From a virus (lineage: Duplodnaviria > Caudoviricetes), in IMG/VR virus record IMGVR_UViG_3300021255_000083, positions 32,001 to 96,000 of that record: a DNA stretch of 64,000 nucleotides. One strand, 5' to 3'. Within the stretch, counting starts at the first letter, position 1. Every line of letters starts with the position of its first letter. The notes below the pieces were generated by a model. The model searched no databases. It had not been told where the DNA came from and saw only the letters and a program-made list of their open reading frames with translations. Both the position numbers and the translations under genes were made by a program. Shown here piece after piece: positions 20,221 to 33,208 of this stretch.

Positions 20221-21654
20221 TTATTTGGTATTTTCAACAACACCACAATCATCAAATTGCAATGTATCAAGCATTACAGCTATCTTAGCTGTATTATCAA
20301 CTGTTTCCTTTAAACAACTGTATGCTAATTTAAGTGCATCTAAAGCATTTTCAGCAATATGTTTACTTTCATACACTAATTCAATAGCACTCTTGAACCA
20401 CTTACCTGTAACCTTAATATAATTAAATCGTATATTCCACACGTGTTTTACTATTTCAAATTCAGTAACTTCATATGGTTGTTCCTCAATACATTCATCA
20501 TCAACAGATGTACCAACTGATGTAAAAGTAATACCTTTATTATCTTCAAGTACAACTGTAGTATTTGAAGAACCATATGTTGCATCTATGTAATTAGGCA
20601 TATCATCTGTAGCATTATTATTAGTTACTGAAACATCTTGTGTAGCTTTTGATTTATGTGATTTTGGTCTTATTGCATCAAATTCTGGAATATTTTTAAT
20701 CCAATCTCTTACTGTATGTGCAGTCGCTTTATTTATATAACTAGGATATTTAGATGTAACATCTACCATAATAGATTTTATCATTTTGTTCCAAACTCTC
20801 CTATCCTCTGTTGCTGGATTTTCTTTAGTCAAATTTTCTTTGTGTGCTAATATAAATTGTCCAAAATACTTATCCATAAATAATCTAACCACATAATCTT
20901 GCATTTCTTTTGGATATCTCATACGCCTACCCTCACCTGTAGCTGTTATCATATTGTTCACCTCCATTTCATCAATATTTTTATTCTCAAGAAAACTTTC
21001 TTGACCATCTATTACTTTTACTTTCATATTACCCTCCACATATTTATTAATAAAATCTTGCACAATATCTACAGTCCAATAATACTCAGCTGTTGCTGGG
21101 TCAATAATGCACATTTCGTAAATATTTTCAGCCACGTATTTTTTATCATATTCTCTAGCTGACTTGCAAATTAATATAAAATTATCTATCAACCTTTGAG
21201 TAATAACATCATCAGTTAATTTAATTTTACCATTCCATTTATCAAATGAAATTTCCTCCACTTTTATCACCACTTTCTCTGGAACTATATTTCCAGTAAT
21301 CCCATCCCTGTATTGCATTAATGGTAACAGATAAATATTATACCCACAATACCTAGCTACAGTTGACAAACTATTAAAATAATCATTTTTAAATCCTTCA
21401 TAATCATTATAATAATTACTTGTTGATGATATCGATAATATATTATTCAATAATTGTTCTCTATAAGATAAACTTTCTTCATACTCACCTTCATCTTGTG
21501 TTCCATTATATATATGTTTTCTATGCCCTTGTTCAATAATATCAACAATAGTCATCCATAAATACTTTTTAGGTGAACTTCTAAAATGTATACCATTCAT
21601 TAAAAATAATCTATCTGTAAAACGTGTATAATCCATAAATTTCCCCCTATTCAA
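20221..21654 (-). CDS. Hypothetical protein
   Basis: 477-aa ORF downstream of a TGAGGTATATTAT motif. Confidence 0.6.
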   Translation of the reverse strand: MNRGKFMDYTRFTDRLFLMNGIHFRSSPKKYLWMTIVDIIEQGHRKHIYNGTQDEGEYEESLSYREQLLNNILSISSTSNYYNDYEGFKNDYFNSLSTVARYCGYNIYLLPLMQYRDGITGNIVPEKVVIKVEEISFDKWNGKIKLTDDVITQRLIDNFILICKSAREYDKKYVAENIYEMCIIDPATAEYYWTVDIVQDFINKYVEGNMKVKVIDGQESFLENKNIDEMEVNNMITATGEGRRMRYPKEMQDYVVRLFMDKYFGQFILAHKENLTKENPATEDRRVWNKMIKSIMVDVTSKYPSYINKATAHTVRDWIKNIPEFDAIRPKSHKSKATQDVSVTNNNATDDMPNYIDATYGSSNTTVVLEDNKGITFTSVGTSVDDECIEEQPYEVTEFEIVKHVWNIRFNYIKVTGKWFKSAIELVYESKHIAENALDALKLAYSCLKETVDNTAKIAVMLDTLQFDDCGVVENTK

Positions 21655-21740
21655 TTTCTATTTCCCTCTAATATAATATACCTCATTTATAATTAAAATT
21701 TTAATATAATCCAAACTGAAAATAAAATAGGTGTTACATT

Positions 21741-22674
21741 TTAAGTAACACCTATATCATCAACATCTAATAATATATAATTACAATTACAGTATAAAAT
21801 CTCATCAGCATCATCTTTATTATCAAAATGATACTTTATTATATCTCTAAATCTTTTATATAAGTTACTATCATCTTCCATCTCACTTTCAGTCAATTCA
21901 CCTATATCATAATCATATTGTTCAACTGATACATAACTAAAATACTTTTCTTCAAATTTAGATATTAATTTATCCTCTTTAATTGCTCTTTTTTCATTAT
22001 AAGGATTTTTACGTCTTACAACTAACCTTAATCTTGGGCTCCAATTATCTGGTCTTAAAATTAATATAGCATAATGCTCCTTCAATCTTTTTGATAATTT
22101 TCTACTGGCTCTTGTAGCTTTTGCTAATTTATACCAATCTTTAATTGCATATTTATAGTGACTTATCCATTCGGCAACAAAATCTTTAAAACATAAAAAG
22201 CTACTCTGTTCTTCCCAAATATGTTCAGCTTGAATACCAGAATACAGTACAGATTTAATATGGTGTTTTTTCATAAAAGCCAAAGCACCCTCCAATTTAT
22301 ATGTATTCCATTTTTCAATATTCTCATCATTTTCTATATATGCTTCTCTATATAAACCTATTACAAAACCACTTCGACTTGGCTTAAACTTATCTTCATC
22401 TCTTTCGTATTGAGTAAAAAATATTAGTTCAGATAAAGGACTTACGTTTAGACTATCTGCCCAAGTGTGTCCTATTCCATATTTTTCAATTTGATACTCT
22501 ATTGTATCAAATCTATTAGTATTCCACAAACCAAACTTAAATCCGAGGTATTTCCTTTATATGAAACCAACAAATACTGTCATTTTCCCCCTCAAATAAA
22601 AAATAACAATTACCCATCACAACATCTTTAATCGTATATCCCATATCTTGCATAACCTTTAAAATACTATTCAT
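21741..22674 (-). CDS. Hypothetical protein (310 aa) restored by one CGGA +1 recoding at 22542-22545
   Basis: ATG 22674 overlaps the upstream gene's stop; MNSILKV...KEIP-[CGGA=G]-FKFGLWNTNRF joins ORF 21741-22529. Confidence 0.75.
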
Positions 22675-23491
22675 TAATTCTTGATTGGTCAATTTGGTCA
22701 ACTTTGGATTGTTCATTATTAGCCTCCTCTGAAACTGATTTACGCAACTCTTCCTCTTCTTGTCTATGTTGTTTATATACTTCTATGAAACTTAATAAAC
22801 AATTCACATATGCAAAATCAGTTACTCTTAAATCTATCTCAAAACCAATTGGTTCATTTAATCCCATATAATACTCATCCTCATTACCATATAAAGTAAG
22901 TATATATGGCACATCTACACCAAATTCCTTCATTCTCTTCTTATCTATAGCTTCCACAAACCACAAATCCCTTATTGAAGGATTAAATACTATATCACCT
23001 GTTTTATATTCGATACCATTTACATCTTTAACCCCTGTTTCTTTATTTAACATAGCATTTTGTTTCCATCTTAATTTCAAATTTGTGATATTTTCATCTT
23101 CATCTGGTTCTGATAATTTATCAAATTCGGGTCTATTATATGGTATATTTATATTGAGAGCTCTAGCCACATCTAACTCAGTTGCACTATCGTTAATTAA
23201 TACATCTATTATAGTATCTACTTCTTGTTTTTGTCTATCTTTCGCTTTTTTCCAAGCTCTTTCATTGATATAATTATTAAACAACACCACACTACATAAC
23301 ACTAAATTAACTACACATACAATATTAGCTATTCTTATACCAAATAGTCCTAATGTAACACTAATTATCAAAAATAGTAACTGCATAGTTATAATAACAG
23401 TATTTAAATTAAATTGTCCTGACATATGTTGTTTGAATATAATATCACTCACTCTAAACTTTGTTTCAAATGCTAAAAAACTCTTATCCAT
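22667..23491 (-). CDS. Membrane-anchored hypothetical protein
   Basis: Two N-terminal hydrophobic helices; YopX-like TGVKDVNGIEYKTGDIV segment. Confidence 0.5.
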   Translation of the reverse strand: MDKSFLAFETKFRVSDIIFKQHMSGQFNLNTVIITMQLLFLIISVTLGLFGIRIANIVCVVNLVLCSVVLFNNYINERAWKKAKDRQKQEVDTIIDVLINDSATELDVARALNINIPYNRPEFDKLSEPDEDENITNLKLRWKQNAMLNKETGVKDVNGIEYKTGDIVFNPSIRDLWFVEAIDKKRMKEFGVDVPYILTLYGNEDEYYMGLNEPIGFEIDLRVTDFAYVNCLLSFIEVYKQHRQEEEELRKSVSEEANNEQSKVDQIDQSRINE

Positions 23492-23507
23492 ATTTTTTTA
23501 CTACCTC

Positions 23508-24308
23508 CTATATATTTTTTGGATGCCAACTAATTATATTGTAAAAATCATACAATTTTTCAAATATATCTATAATTGTCTCAACAATAGCTTCTTCACT
23601 AATACGTTTATCGTGTCTCGGAAAATGCATTAACATAGAGGAATAGCACCCATCTACATCATTCTTCTTCCACCAATCGATAAACTCTTCTGGGTCTCTT
23701 GCATCAAAATCAAATGTATTTTCTGGGTCAGCATATCCAAAATCTGGCACACTATTCTGTGCATCAATATTTGTATTCCATACAGACCACTTAAATCCAT
23801 AACCTTTTAAATTGTTAAGCTCTGATACTATTTGGTCTTTTAAATCATCTATTTTATCTTGCAAATAATTTCTGTCTACACTATCGTGAGGTACTGCAAA
23901 ATATATACCAGCTTCAAACCCAGTATAACTAACATTTATTTGCATACAAGTATATTTTTGAAACCCTAGAATATCACCAGACCTATCATCTCCATATCTA
24001 GGTAGCCCATAATTTAATTGCTCAAGCTCCGATTTACTTTTTCCATACCTAACACCTAACCAATTAACTCTGCCTTTATTCAACTCATTAGGTACTATCA
24101 TAGATGTCACATTTGATTTTTTATAGTGATTGTGTAAATTCCACCCTTTTTCTTTTATTATAGGTAAAATTTCTTCATTTAAATCAAGTAACTTTTGTCT
24201 AATTCTCCTACGCATATCCATTTCTGGTTTTAATGCTGACGTTTGTCTATCTTCTTTAAATACATCATATTCATCATCTGTAAAATAATAGTTTGTATTA
24301 TCTATCAT
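23508..24308 (-). CDS. Hypothetical protein
   Basis: 266-aa ORF with RBS. Confidence 0.6.
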   Translation of the reverse strand: MIDNTNYYFTDDEYDVFKEDRQTSALKPEMDMRRRIRQKLLDLNEEILPIIKEKGWNLHNHYKKSNVTSMIVPNELNKGRVNWLGVRYGKSKSELEQLNYGLPRYGDDRSGDILGFQKYTCMQINVSYTGFEAGIYFAVPHDSVDRNYLQDKIDDLKDQIVSELNNLKGYGFKWSVWNTNIDAQNSVPDFGYADPENTFDFDARDPEEFIDWWKKNDVDGCYSSMLMHFPRHDKRISEEAIVETIIDIFEKLYDFYNIISWHPKNI

Positions 24309-24526
24309 ATAAAATACCCCCTAAATAAAATCTGTTTGTAATAATCTGTATAAATTATGTCCTTCATCACAATAACCAACTCTAATTCTTAATCTATCAC
24401 TCCCACCATAATCTAATACAGCCACTGCTTCATCTGAACCTTCAGTTATAATTGTACAATTTTTGCAAGGTGGAAAATTACTATCGATAAATTGCATTAC
24501 TTTCTTTTTATTCATATGATACCTCC

Positions 24527-25081
24527 TTAACAACTATATGCTGATTTACTATATTTTGGTTTAATTTTATATTTTTCACAATAATTATAAATTGCATCTA
24601 ATATAAAACCTTTCGTTATATATCCTAAATTTCGTATTCTATTAATTTCTATAGGCGATTTACTGAAAAATCCATCCAAATTTGTTATACTAGCTCTATA
24701 TAAACTATTAATAGCTCGTTGTCTAGTTCCAGAACTATATTTAATTTCTATATCACGATTAACATCATCATAAAATATCTCAGGTAATGTTGGTGAATTA
24801 ATTTCCTCTCTATTAATAACATCTTCTTCTGGAACATAATCCATTCTATTATTAACTGCATTACTTTGATATATTATCTCGTTACCATCTAAATATTTAT
24901 GTCTAACCATATACCTTTCCATACTCTCTTCACTATAATCTCTAATCTCATTAAAATATCTTACATACACCTCGTGATGTGGAACTAATTTATTATCATA
25001 AGTGCTTTTTATCCAATCTCTTACAACCACACCTATTAAATTTTTCTCTACAACAACAATGTCGCCAAAACAAAACTTCAT
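24527..25081 (-). CDS. Protein with a C-terminal RNA polymerase alpha-CTD-like domain
   Basis: RAINSLYRASITNLDGFFSKSPIEINRIRNLG resembles the alpha-CTD R(S/A)xNxLxRAxI...RNLG motif. Confidence 0.6.
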   Translation of the reverse strand: MKFCFGDIVVVEKNLIGVVVRDWIKSTYDNKLVPHHEVYVRYFNEIRDYSEESMERYMVRHKYLDGNEIIYQSNAVNNRMDYVPEEDVINREEINSPTLPEIFYDDVNRDIEIKYSSGTRQRAINSLYRASITNLDGFFSKSPIEINRIRNLGYITKGFILDAIYNYCEKYKIKPKYSKSAYSC

Positions 25082-25584
25082 TAACTACCCACCTTCTTCA
25101 AATGTTTTTTGCCATTAATTGGACCTGTTCTATGTCCCCACTCACTTAATCTTTTCTTTGTCATTGGACTTCTTATGTAATCTGCTTTATAACCTTTTGT
25201 AAATCGTGTTGCTTCTCCAACTCGTTTAACTTGTTCATCCATATTATATTTAAACGCATAGTCCCTCATTTTTTGGTTATATTCATTTGTTGTCATCCTA
25301 ACATTTTTATCCAACCCAAATTGTAAACAATATTCTGATTTAGTAATATGATGCTTATAGTATATATGTTGTTGCAATTTAGTATATGCCTTATGACATA
25401 TGTGACAAATTGGCATACCATATTGTTGTGAATTAATATCTAATACATAGCTCAATTTACCAAACTCGACATCGTCAAATGTAGTATATTTATTATAAAC
25501 AAAATAGTGATAACAATTTTGACAATATCCACTATATCTATTTATTGTAGTATTTCCACAAAATTTACATCTAATTACTTTCAT
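25081..25584 (-). CDS. Zinc-finger protein with a MucR/Ros-like motif
   Basis: CKFC...CQNC and ICHICHKAYTKLQQHIYYKHHITKSEYCLQFGL. Confidence 0.6.
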   Translation of the reverse strand: MKVIRCKFCGNTTINRYSGYCQNCYHYFVYNKYTTFDDVEFGKLSYVLDINSQQYGMPICHICHKAYTKLQQHIYYKHHITKSEYCLQFGLDKNVRMTTNEYNQKMRDYAFKYNMDEQVKRVGEATRFTKGYKADYIRSPMTKKRLSEWGHRTGPINGKKHLKKVGS

Positions 25585-25707
25585 AGGATAATCTCCTTAT
25601 CAATCATATACAAAATATTATATCACAATATTTAAAAAATGTAAATAGTAAAAATTTAAAAAATATGAGTGACTTATGCCACTCATTTTCAAAATTATCT
25701 TAACTAA

Positions 25708-26190
25708 TCAATCAATTATATTGTCTACTACCTTAACACTATTTATTATTAAATCCTTTGTATTATTTATGGCTTTAATTAATACATCATCTGGTATAGT
25801 TATATCATAAACACTACCACTTCTAGCCAACCCAGCAACAGTACAATCAATTACCATCTCTAGAACATCAATCAAATTAACATCCTCTGGAACACTATCA
25901 TTTAAATGATGTCTTTCAGTCATATGTTTTTGCCACCAAGGTAATGATTTAAAATCTTCCCCCTGCTTACCAGATACAAAATCATTATAAAAATCATCTA
26001 TGTAATCTATCTTTGTATGGTCGTGCATTGCTACTTGTTCTTTTAATTTATCTGCTAGCATACAGCCAACATTTTGCACATCTAAAATATGACTTAATGT
26101 TTGGTCTAACAATTCTTCTTTAGATACATTACCTTTAGCACTTCGTGTATCAGCATTTGGTGATTTAATTATTCTTATTTTATCTTCCAT
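25708..26190 (-). CDS. HD-like metal-binding protein
   Basis: SHILDV...MHDHTK...HMTERHH...DVLEMVID. Confidence 0.5.
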   Translation of the reverse strand: MEDKIRIIKSPNADTRSAKGNVSKEELLDQTLSHILDVQNVGCMLADKLKEQVAMHDHTKIDYIDDFYNDFVSGKQGEDFKSLPWWQKHMTERHHLNDSVPEDVNLIDVLEMVIDCTVAGLARSGSVYDITIPDDVLIKAINNTKDLIINSVKVVDNIID

Positions 26191-26197
26191 TATATAA

Positions 26198-27468
26198 TTA
26201 CTCCCTTACTAAATCCATTACTGCATCTACATAATTTGCAGATATAATATTAATTGTATTATCCCCATACTTTTTATACTCCTCAGCATATGCTCGTAAT
26301 ACTTCATCCATAATATCTGCCAATTTTATAAATTTATCTTTATCCCATCCCTTTGTTGTCATTGCAGCTGTTCCTATTCTAATACCACTACTTTTTAATG
26401 GTGGTAACTCATCATTAGGTATTTGATTTTTATTTACAGTTATATGTATTGCATCTAAAACTTGTTCAGCTTGTTTACCTGTAATTCCAACAGAGCCAAA
26501 AACATCTAGTACAAACATATGATTTTCTGTGCCATTAGATATTATATGCCAACCATTTGATATAAACCTTTGAGCAAACACTTTAGAATTATGAACAACC
26601 TGTCTAGCATACTCTGCAAAATCTGGTTGTAAAGCTTCTTCAAAGCAAATACCCTTACCTGCTATAATATGCTCTAATGGACCTCCTTGTACTCCGAGGA
26701 AATACTGCACTATTTATCTTTTTAGTGAAGAAATCATCATTCCATAATATTAAACCTCCTCTAGGTCCTCTCAATGTTTTATGTGTTGTACTTGTCACTA
26801 CATCTGCCCATTTACAAGGATTAGGATGCACACCACCAGCTACCAATCCAGCTACGTGTGCCATATCAACAACAAAATAAGGTGGTTGATTATTACCTAT
26901 CATCTTATCTAATTTATATCTTTGTATTATACCATATACTACATCATAATGTATTATTTGTGAATATGAACTAGCACCAACTAATATCATTTGTGGATTA
27001 TATTCATACAACTTTTTCTCTAAATCATTATAATCTAATATACCATTATCATCGACACCATAACTTATTATATTATAATCTTGACCTGAAAATGACATTT
27101 TATGTCCGTGTGTTAAATGTCCTCCTGCACCTAAATCCATTCCTAATACAGTATCCCCGTGTTTTAATAATGCTCTATATACAGCTTGATTTGCCGATGA
27201 ACCACAATGTGGCTGTACATTAGCATAGTTACAATCAAATAACTTACATACATCCTCTATAGCTTTACTTTCTATCATATCTATATACTGACAACCACCA
27301 TAATAACGTTTACCTGAGTATCCGTTCTGCATACTTATTAGTTAATATACTTCCACACGCCTGTCTAATTCTATCACTACAGAAATTTTCACTTGCTATA
27401 AGTTCCACATTTTCATTTTGTCTTTTCTGTTCCATAGCTATAATCTCTTCATAACTATCTTTTATCAT
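26198..27468 (-). CDS. glyA: Serine hydroxymethyltransferase (422 aa) with two CGGA +1 recoding sites (27321-27324, 26693-26696)
   Basis: [14 protein letters not shown]-[CGGA][10 protein letters not shown], [26 protein letters not shown]-[CGGA]-VQGGP, SGIRIGT. Confidence 0.93.
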
Positions 27469-27482
27469 TATCTACCTCTCCT

Positions 27483-29462
27483 TTATTTATTTTTATATTC
27501 TTCATTTATAACATTAATGTAGTCTATAACACTATTTAAACATTTATTATCCCAAACAGTATCCTCATATGGATAAAAACAAAATTTACGCCAAGATGCA
27601 TACCATTTTATTTCTCCAATACATACCCCATTAAACTCGAAAATATAATATATAGGTGTTTTCCTTTTAGGTAACAACTGTTTTGTTATAAAAAAGTATT
27701 CACCTGTATAAACAATATTCTTAGTTATATCAGAAAACTTTGAACTTATCCAAGTTTTTTCATCTATTTGGAAAAACTCATCTTTCATACTAGTTCCTCC
27801 TTACCACAATTAGCTGGGTTCCAATAAGCGGAGCGATGAGCTCTTGCCATATCTATCAGCCAAATACCATTATACTCATCTAAATCATCCACATACATAA
27901 AGTCAATAGACCATACGCCTGACAAACAATTATCAAATTTTAATGTATTTATACTATCTTGTATTTGTTGTTTTATTTCTTCTAATTTAGAATTATGATT
28001 TGTAAATCTTCTTCCAAATTTATTGTGAAAATAATCAAATACTATTTCATCCGTCACAGTTGAAAATTTATTATAACAATAGCCATAATCCCAATAATCA
28101 ACCATATATTCTATACACTTAGTATCCATATTATAAAATACTCTTATTTCTTCTCTTAACGGCATACCATTATATATTGTTGGTGTTACACTATGGTCAT
28201 ATGGTATATACTCTCTAACTACCAACTCAGTATACCCCCCTGTATCAAGTAATGCAGATTGATACTCTATTTTCCAAAATTTCTCAGCTAGTTCATCTTT
28301 AGTTGTAACACAAGTGTCAAAATCAAACTTATTTGAAAAAGCACCATTTTTTATATTATACAATTTATTAGGTTTCATTTTATCCAAAGTTGGTTTTAAT
28401 ATATTATTAATAGAAATCCAATCTACTTTATTTATACTATCATCTTTACATATTATATTAGTATCTTCCCAAGTAAATACTTGATTAGATATTATATCTG
28501 CGTGTTTAAATTCTCCAAAATCTATTATATGTTTATACCAATTAGAAAAATTTTCTGGATATTCTCTATCTTCATTATACGAATTTTTACTAGCTGTCTC
28601 AAAAAATTCATCTGTGAATTTAACTTGTAATTTTTTCAAATACTCAACCACATCATCGGCATTAGAAGATTTTTCTTCAACTATATCTACCATATCATCA
28701 TTCAGTATACTAAAATCATTTAACATTTTTAATCTATATTCATCATCTGCATTATTATATATTTCAACTAACTGCTCATATGAACTAAGTCTTTCTCCAC
28801 TAGACTGTAACACACAATCACAACTACCATCAAAAACAACTGTATCTCCACCATCGTAAAATTTATATACAACTGGACAACCACATATAGAACATTCTCT
28901 AGGTGACCACTGTACTATATTATTATCTTTTACAGCTGTTTTTAAATCATTTACTGTAAGTTTTTTCATAATTCTATCATACCTTTCAATTTACAAAACT
29001 CGAAACTTCCATTCTCCCTTTAATTCTTCTTCAGTAAAATTATACTCCTTATTACAGTTAGAACACTTATACGTAAAATACATAGGATTTGTTGCTATTA
29101 CATATCCTGTATCAACTAGTGATATTTTACAATCATCGCATTTTGGCTCTTTAGCTATATAGTATTCTGGAAATAAAAAATGTTTTTCTATCATACTATT
29201 CACCAACTCCATATAATAAAGGTTTTTGGTCTGTATCATATAAAGTAAAAAGCATTCCTTGTTCAGATATATAGTACATTACACCTGTAATTTTATCATA
29301 CACAATTTTATATCGAACATCCTCAATTCTACTCTTCTCTATAACCTCAAATCTTCCAGTATCTACAGAATTTTGGCTTACACAATCTATAACACCATAT
29401 ATACATAAATCAATTATAATTACCAATATTATAACCATCACAGATTTTTTTAAATTTACCAT
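27483..29462 (-). CDS. Four hypothetical proteins (27483-27788; 27785-28969 with an ATP-grasp-like C-terminus; 28991-29239; 29196-29462)
   Basis: ORF track; VVREYI...EIRVFY...WSIDFM...WLIDM in 27785-28969 resembles ATP-grasp motifs. Confidence 0.5.
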
Positions 29463-29918
29463 CTAATTTCCCTCCAACAATTTTTTTGCAATACTACTTA
29501 TAACCTGTCCTGTAGTACGATTTCCAAATTGTTCTTTTGACTTCTTTATTACATATCCTAAAAATTTCTTATCTGTAATAGCTTCTCTTTCTATTACTGC
29601 TTTTACAGCTTCTTCAACTTCATACTCTGACATTGGCTGTGGTAAATAACGACTTAAACATAACATCTCTTTATTAGTTTGTTCTACTAAGTCTGTTCTA
29701 CCAGCTTTATTAAACTGCACCAAAGCATCTGCCCTTTTACTTTTTTCTTTTAATATAATATCTTCTATATCCCTATCTGTTAAATTACCCTTATCCTTTT
29801 TTGCTAACAATACATTTGCACGTATCTGCTGTATTGTATTTTTATCTATTGTATTTTTATTTTTCATAGCAATTTTTAAATCTTGCATTAATCTATCTTC
29901 CAAACCCATATTAGTCAC
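29463..29918 (-). CDS. GatB/YqeY-domain protein
   Basis: LMQDLKIAMKNK...KRADALVQFNKAGRTDL...YLPQPMSE. Confidence 0.85.
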   Translation of the reverse strand: MTNMGLEDRLMQDLKIAMKNKNTIDKNTIQQIRANVLLAKKDKGNLTDRDIEDIILKEKSKRADALVQFNKAGRTDLVEQTNKEMLCLSRYLPQPMSEYEVEEAVKAVIEREAITDKKFLGYVIKKSKEQFGNRTTGQVISSIAKKLLEGN

Positions 29919-31535
29919 CTCTCTTGTTTAGTATGCGTATCTGTATAATTGGCTCTAATGGATGTTCTCCATCAACAGTCATATTCACATCTATACCACT
30001 TAATATTTGCTTAATAACATCATTTCTTTTACCTTCAAGTATATACTCCAAGTTTTCCAAACACATTATTTTATATTCTGTAAATTCCTTATCAATCTGT
30101 TTTTCTATTGAGTTCTTTACATTATCCAATAAATTATTTAGAACTTCCTTATTATCCATATTAAACCTCTTTTCTTGCCATTTTATCTACATATGCTTTC
30201 AATTTTATAGACTGACTATTTAATTTATCTAATTTTTGCACAACTCTTGCATATTTATTAAGGGGCAGTTTTTTCCAACTTCTTAATATATACATACCTG
30301 TACTATATTCCTTTTCCCACTTAGTAAATTCTAAAAAGTGTGGTTCATAATATTCTTGCACCATTATTTTAAAATTTTTAGTTCTTAATATAGTTTTATA
30401 TACACTCATAATATTACCATAATCATTATGTGGTTTCAATAACTGCATTAAATTACCTCCATTATTTTGATAAAAACTCTTCCACACACACTAAAAATAT
30501 TCCATCAATTTTAGCTCTATATTTTTTATCATTATAATAGTCATCTACACTCTCTTTATATTGGTTTACATTCGACCTATAATATGTTGTGATAGCGTGT
30601 TTAGTTAATCTACCCATATTTTCAATTAATTTTGACTTTGTAAGAGCCGTTGGGTCTTTCATTTTTATATTACTAAACAGAAAGTTAAACGTATCTTTAT
30701 ACATATTTTCTATTTGTTCATTTGTATATTTAGGAACTAGTTCAGGAAACTGCACAGCAAACAACATAGGGTCATCTTTTCGTTTCTCTATAGATACAGG
30801 TAACAATTTCAATTTATTACATAAAGCCTTAATCTCATTAATAGCAGTATCTACTTCTACTGTAGGTCCTTTATCACACTCTATAGTAATTCCATCCAAT
30901 TTTCTAAACTCTGCAACCTGTTTTGATAGTGGTCCTATTGCATTAATTATTTCTTCTATATTTAAATAATTGTTCATATCTATATCCCTCCTCGATAACT
31001 TGCACAAAAGGTGCTGCAATCATTTACAACACCTTAAACTCTACTTATTATAATCTTCTTGCAAATACTCAGGAATTTCGTTTCCTCTATTATCTAACTT
31101 TGTATCTACTTGTTCTTTATTTACTATTTTAGATAATGCAGCTTTTTCTGCTTCAGATAAACCTTGTGATTTTGCAGATGAATTTTTTTGTGTTGTATTC
31201 TTCTTTTTATCAACTTCTTCTACCTTTGGTTTTTTACTAGTATTTTCCTTCTGACTAACTTTATTATCTGTTGCATCTGACTGTTCTTTAAATTTAGTAT
31301 ACTGATTATACAGTCCTGCGTGCATTCCACTTATTTGTTCTCTTTTTAATTTTAATTGGTCTAATTTTGCATTACCCTCATCAACCAATCTTAATCTTTC
31401 TTTTTGCAACTCATCTATCTTTGTTTGATACTCTTTACCAACTGCTTCAATCTCCTTACTAATATCATTATATTGTTGTTTATACTCTTCCATCTGTACT
31501 TTCATTGCATCAAGTATTTCATCACCACTTATCAT
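29911..31535 (-). CDS. Four hypothetical proteins (29911-30159, 30161-30487, 30462-31019, 31041-31535 coiled-coil)
   Basis: Packed ORFs with RBS. Confidence 0.55.
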
Positions 31536-31561
31536 AATAATCTACCTCCAATATTAATATT

Positions 31562-32179
31562 TTACATTATTTTTGCTAACCTGTTTTGTAACTCTGCAAT
31601 AATCTGCTTAACTAGCTGTTTAGGTATAAAATCAAGCATTCTCATATTAAGTTTACTATCCTGTGTTGTTTCCAAATATACAACATACACCATTTTAATA
31701 ACACTAGTAGATAAATCATAATCATCTGCTATATCTTCTAGTATATATAATATACTTTGATTTAAATCTGTTAGTTCATCATTTTCAACAAAATCTTGCT
31801 CTATATGAGCATTTTCATCAATTAAAACATCTGACAAACTTAAATCTTCTGTAACACAATTATCTTCCAAATTAAATAAAATATCTGGCTGTCGTTTCTG
31901 CTGTCTGTCAAAATCAATGAAATCTCTATTAATTATATTATACGCTAAAGTCGATAACCTATACTTATTTGGGTCCCATATAAGGCAAGCTTTCCATAAA
32001 CCCATTCTAGCAATTTGTAAAGCTTCATCAAAATCCCAATATTTAGTTTTATAATATTTTTGAGCAACTCTATTTGCTAAGTTTATATTATCATTAAACA
32101 ATTTTTTTATTCTCTCGGCTTCTTCAGGAGTTTTATGCTTTAATGATATTTTTTCATAATAAGTTAATTTATGTGGCAT
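31562..32179 (-). CDS. Sigma-70-family sigma factor (region 2; sporulation-sigma-like)
   Basis: NINLANRVAQKY...DEALQIARMGLWKACLIWDPNKYRLSTLAYNII. Confidence 0.75.
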   Translation of the reverse strand: MPHKLTYYEKISLKHKTPEEAERIKKLFNDNINLANRVAQKYYKTKYWDFDEALQIARMGLWKACLIWDPNKYRLSTLAYNIINRDFIDFDRQQKRQPDILFNLEDNCVTEDLSLSDVLIDENAHIEQDFVENDELTDLNQSILYILEDIADDYDLSTSVIKMVYVVYLETTQDSKLNMRMLDFIPKQLVKQIIAELQNRLAKIM

Positions 32180-32188
32180 ACTGACCTC

Positions 32189-33022
32189 CTATACATTTAA
32201 AAATCCAATACCCTCTAAATATGGTAACAACTCCTGATTTAGAAAATTATTATGTTGTTCACCATAAATTTTTAAAATTCTTCCAATCGATATTTTGCAT
32301 ACCTCACTATTATCATACTGTAAATTTAACCTATCACATAACCACTTGTCATCTTTGCACAATTCATATAATTTCTTTTTTTGTAAATCTGAGCTTGTAT
32401 TATATACATCAACAACCAAATCAGCTAATTCTATAATATTAGCTATAAAGTACCCTCCCAAAATTAAAATTCCTCTAATCTTAGAGCTCTTTATATTGCG
32501 TATATTTAATAATAAATTTGAAGTACTTAATTTATCTTCATACCTTAGGTCTTCTACCTCTGATAATAGAGCAACATCACCCTCATCTGGTTTTTCAAAG
32601 TTAGACATAGATACACTAGAAATATTAATTACCTCTTTTCTATTTATATCCCTTATAATTGTTTTACATTGGTCGTGTAAAGCTTTCTTCAATACTTTAA
32701 AATTATCATATTTATTTAATCTGATGACAGCCCAAATATATAAATCTAAAGCTATTTCATCTGGTCCATAGTACCAATAATAATTACTGTTACAAATAGT
32801 ACCTACTGCTTTATAGCACATACTTAATAAGTTTTCTGGAGTTATCCATTCTGGAAAAGATTTACCTAACTCCATATTATCATACTTATATCGTAAATCT
32901 TCTATGCTTAATTCGGAATTAGTTGTTGTAATAATACGTTCAGCTTCTTCCCTACTTAAATTATATTTTTCCATACACCTTACAACATTCGGTTCTATTG
33001 TCATCATAATATCTACCTCCAA
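32189..33022 (-). CDS. Hypothetical protein, possibly a second divergent sigma-like factor
   Basis: 277-aa ORF next to the sigma gene; weak region-2-like spacing only. Confidence 0.4.
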   Translation of the reverse strand: MEVDIMMTIEPNVVRCMEKYNLSREEAERIITTTNSELSIEDLRYKYDNMELGKSFPEWITPENLLSMCYKAVGTICNSNYYWYYGPDEIALDLYIWAVIRLNKYDNFKVLKKALHDQCKTIIRDINRKEVINISSVSMSNFEKPDEGDVALLSEVEDLRYEDKLSTSNLLLNIRNIKSSKIRGILILGGYFIANIIELADLVVDVYNTSSDLQKKKLYELCKDDKWLCDRLNLQYDNSEVCKISIGRILKIYGEQHNNFLNQELLPYLEGIGFLNV

Positions 33023-33208
33023 TAAAACTTATTAAATTCTGTTGTAAGTATATAAAAAAAATTTTAATTTGTAAAGGAAATTTTTTAATTTGTAAAAATC
33101 TACAAAACCCTTGATACGACTGAACTTAGAGATTTTGCTTTATGTAAATCAAACCCCCAAATATACTTCATTTAAATGTTTTAAAAAATTGAAATTTTTT
33201 TAAAATTT

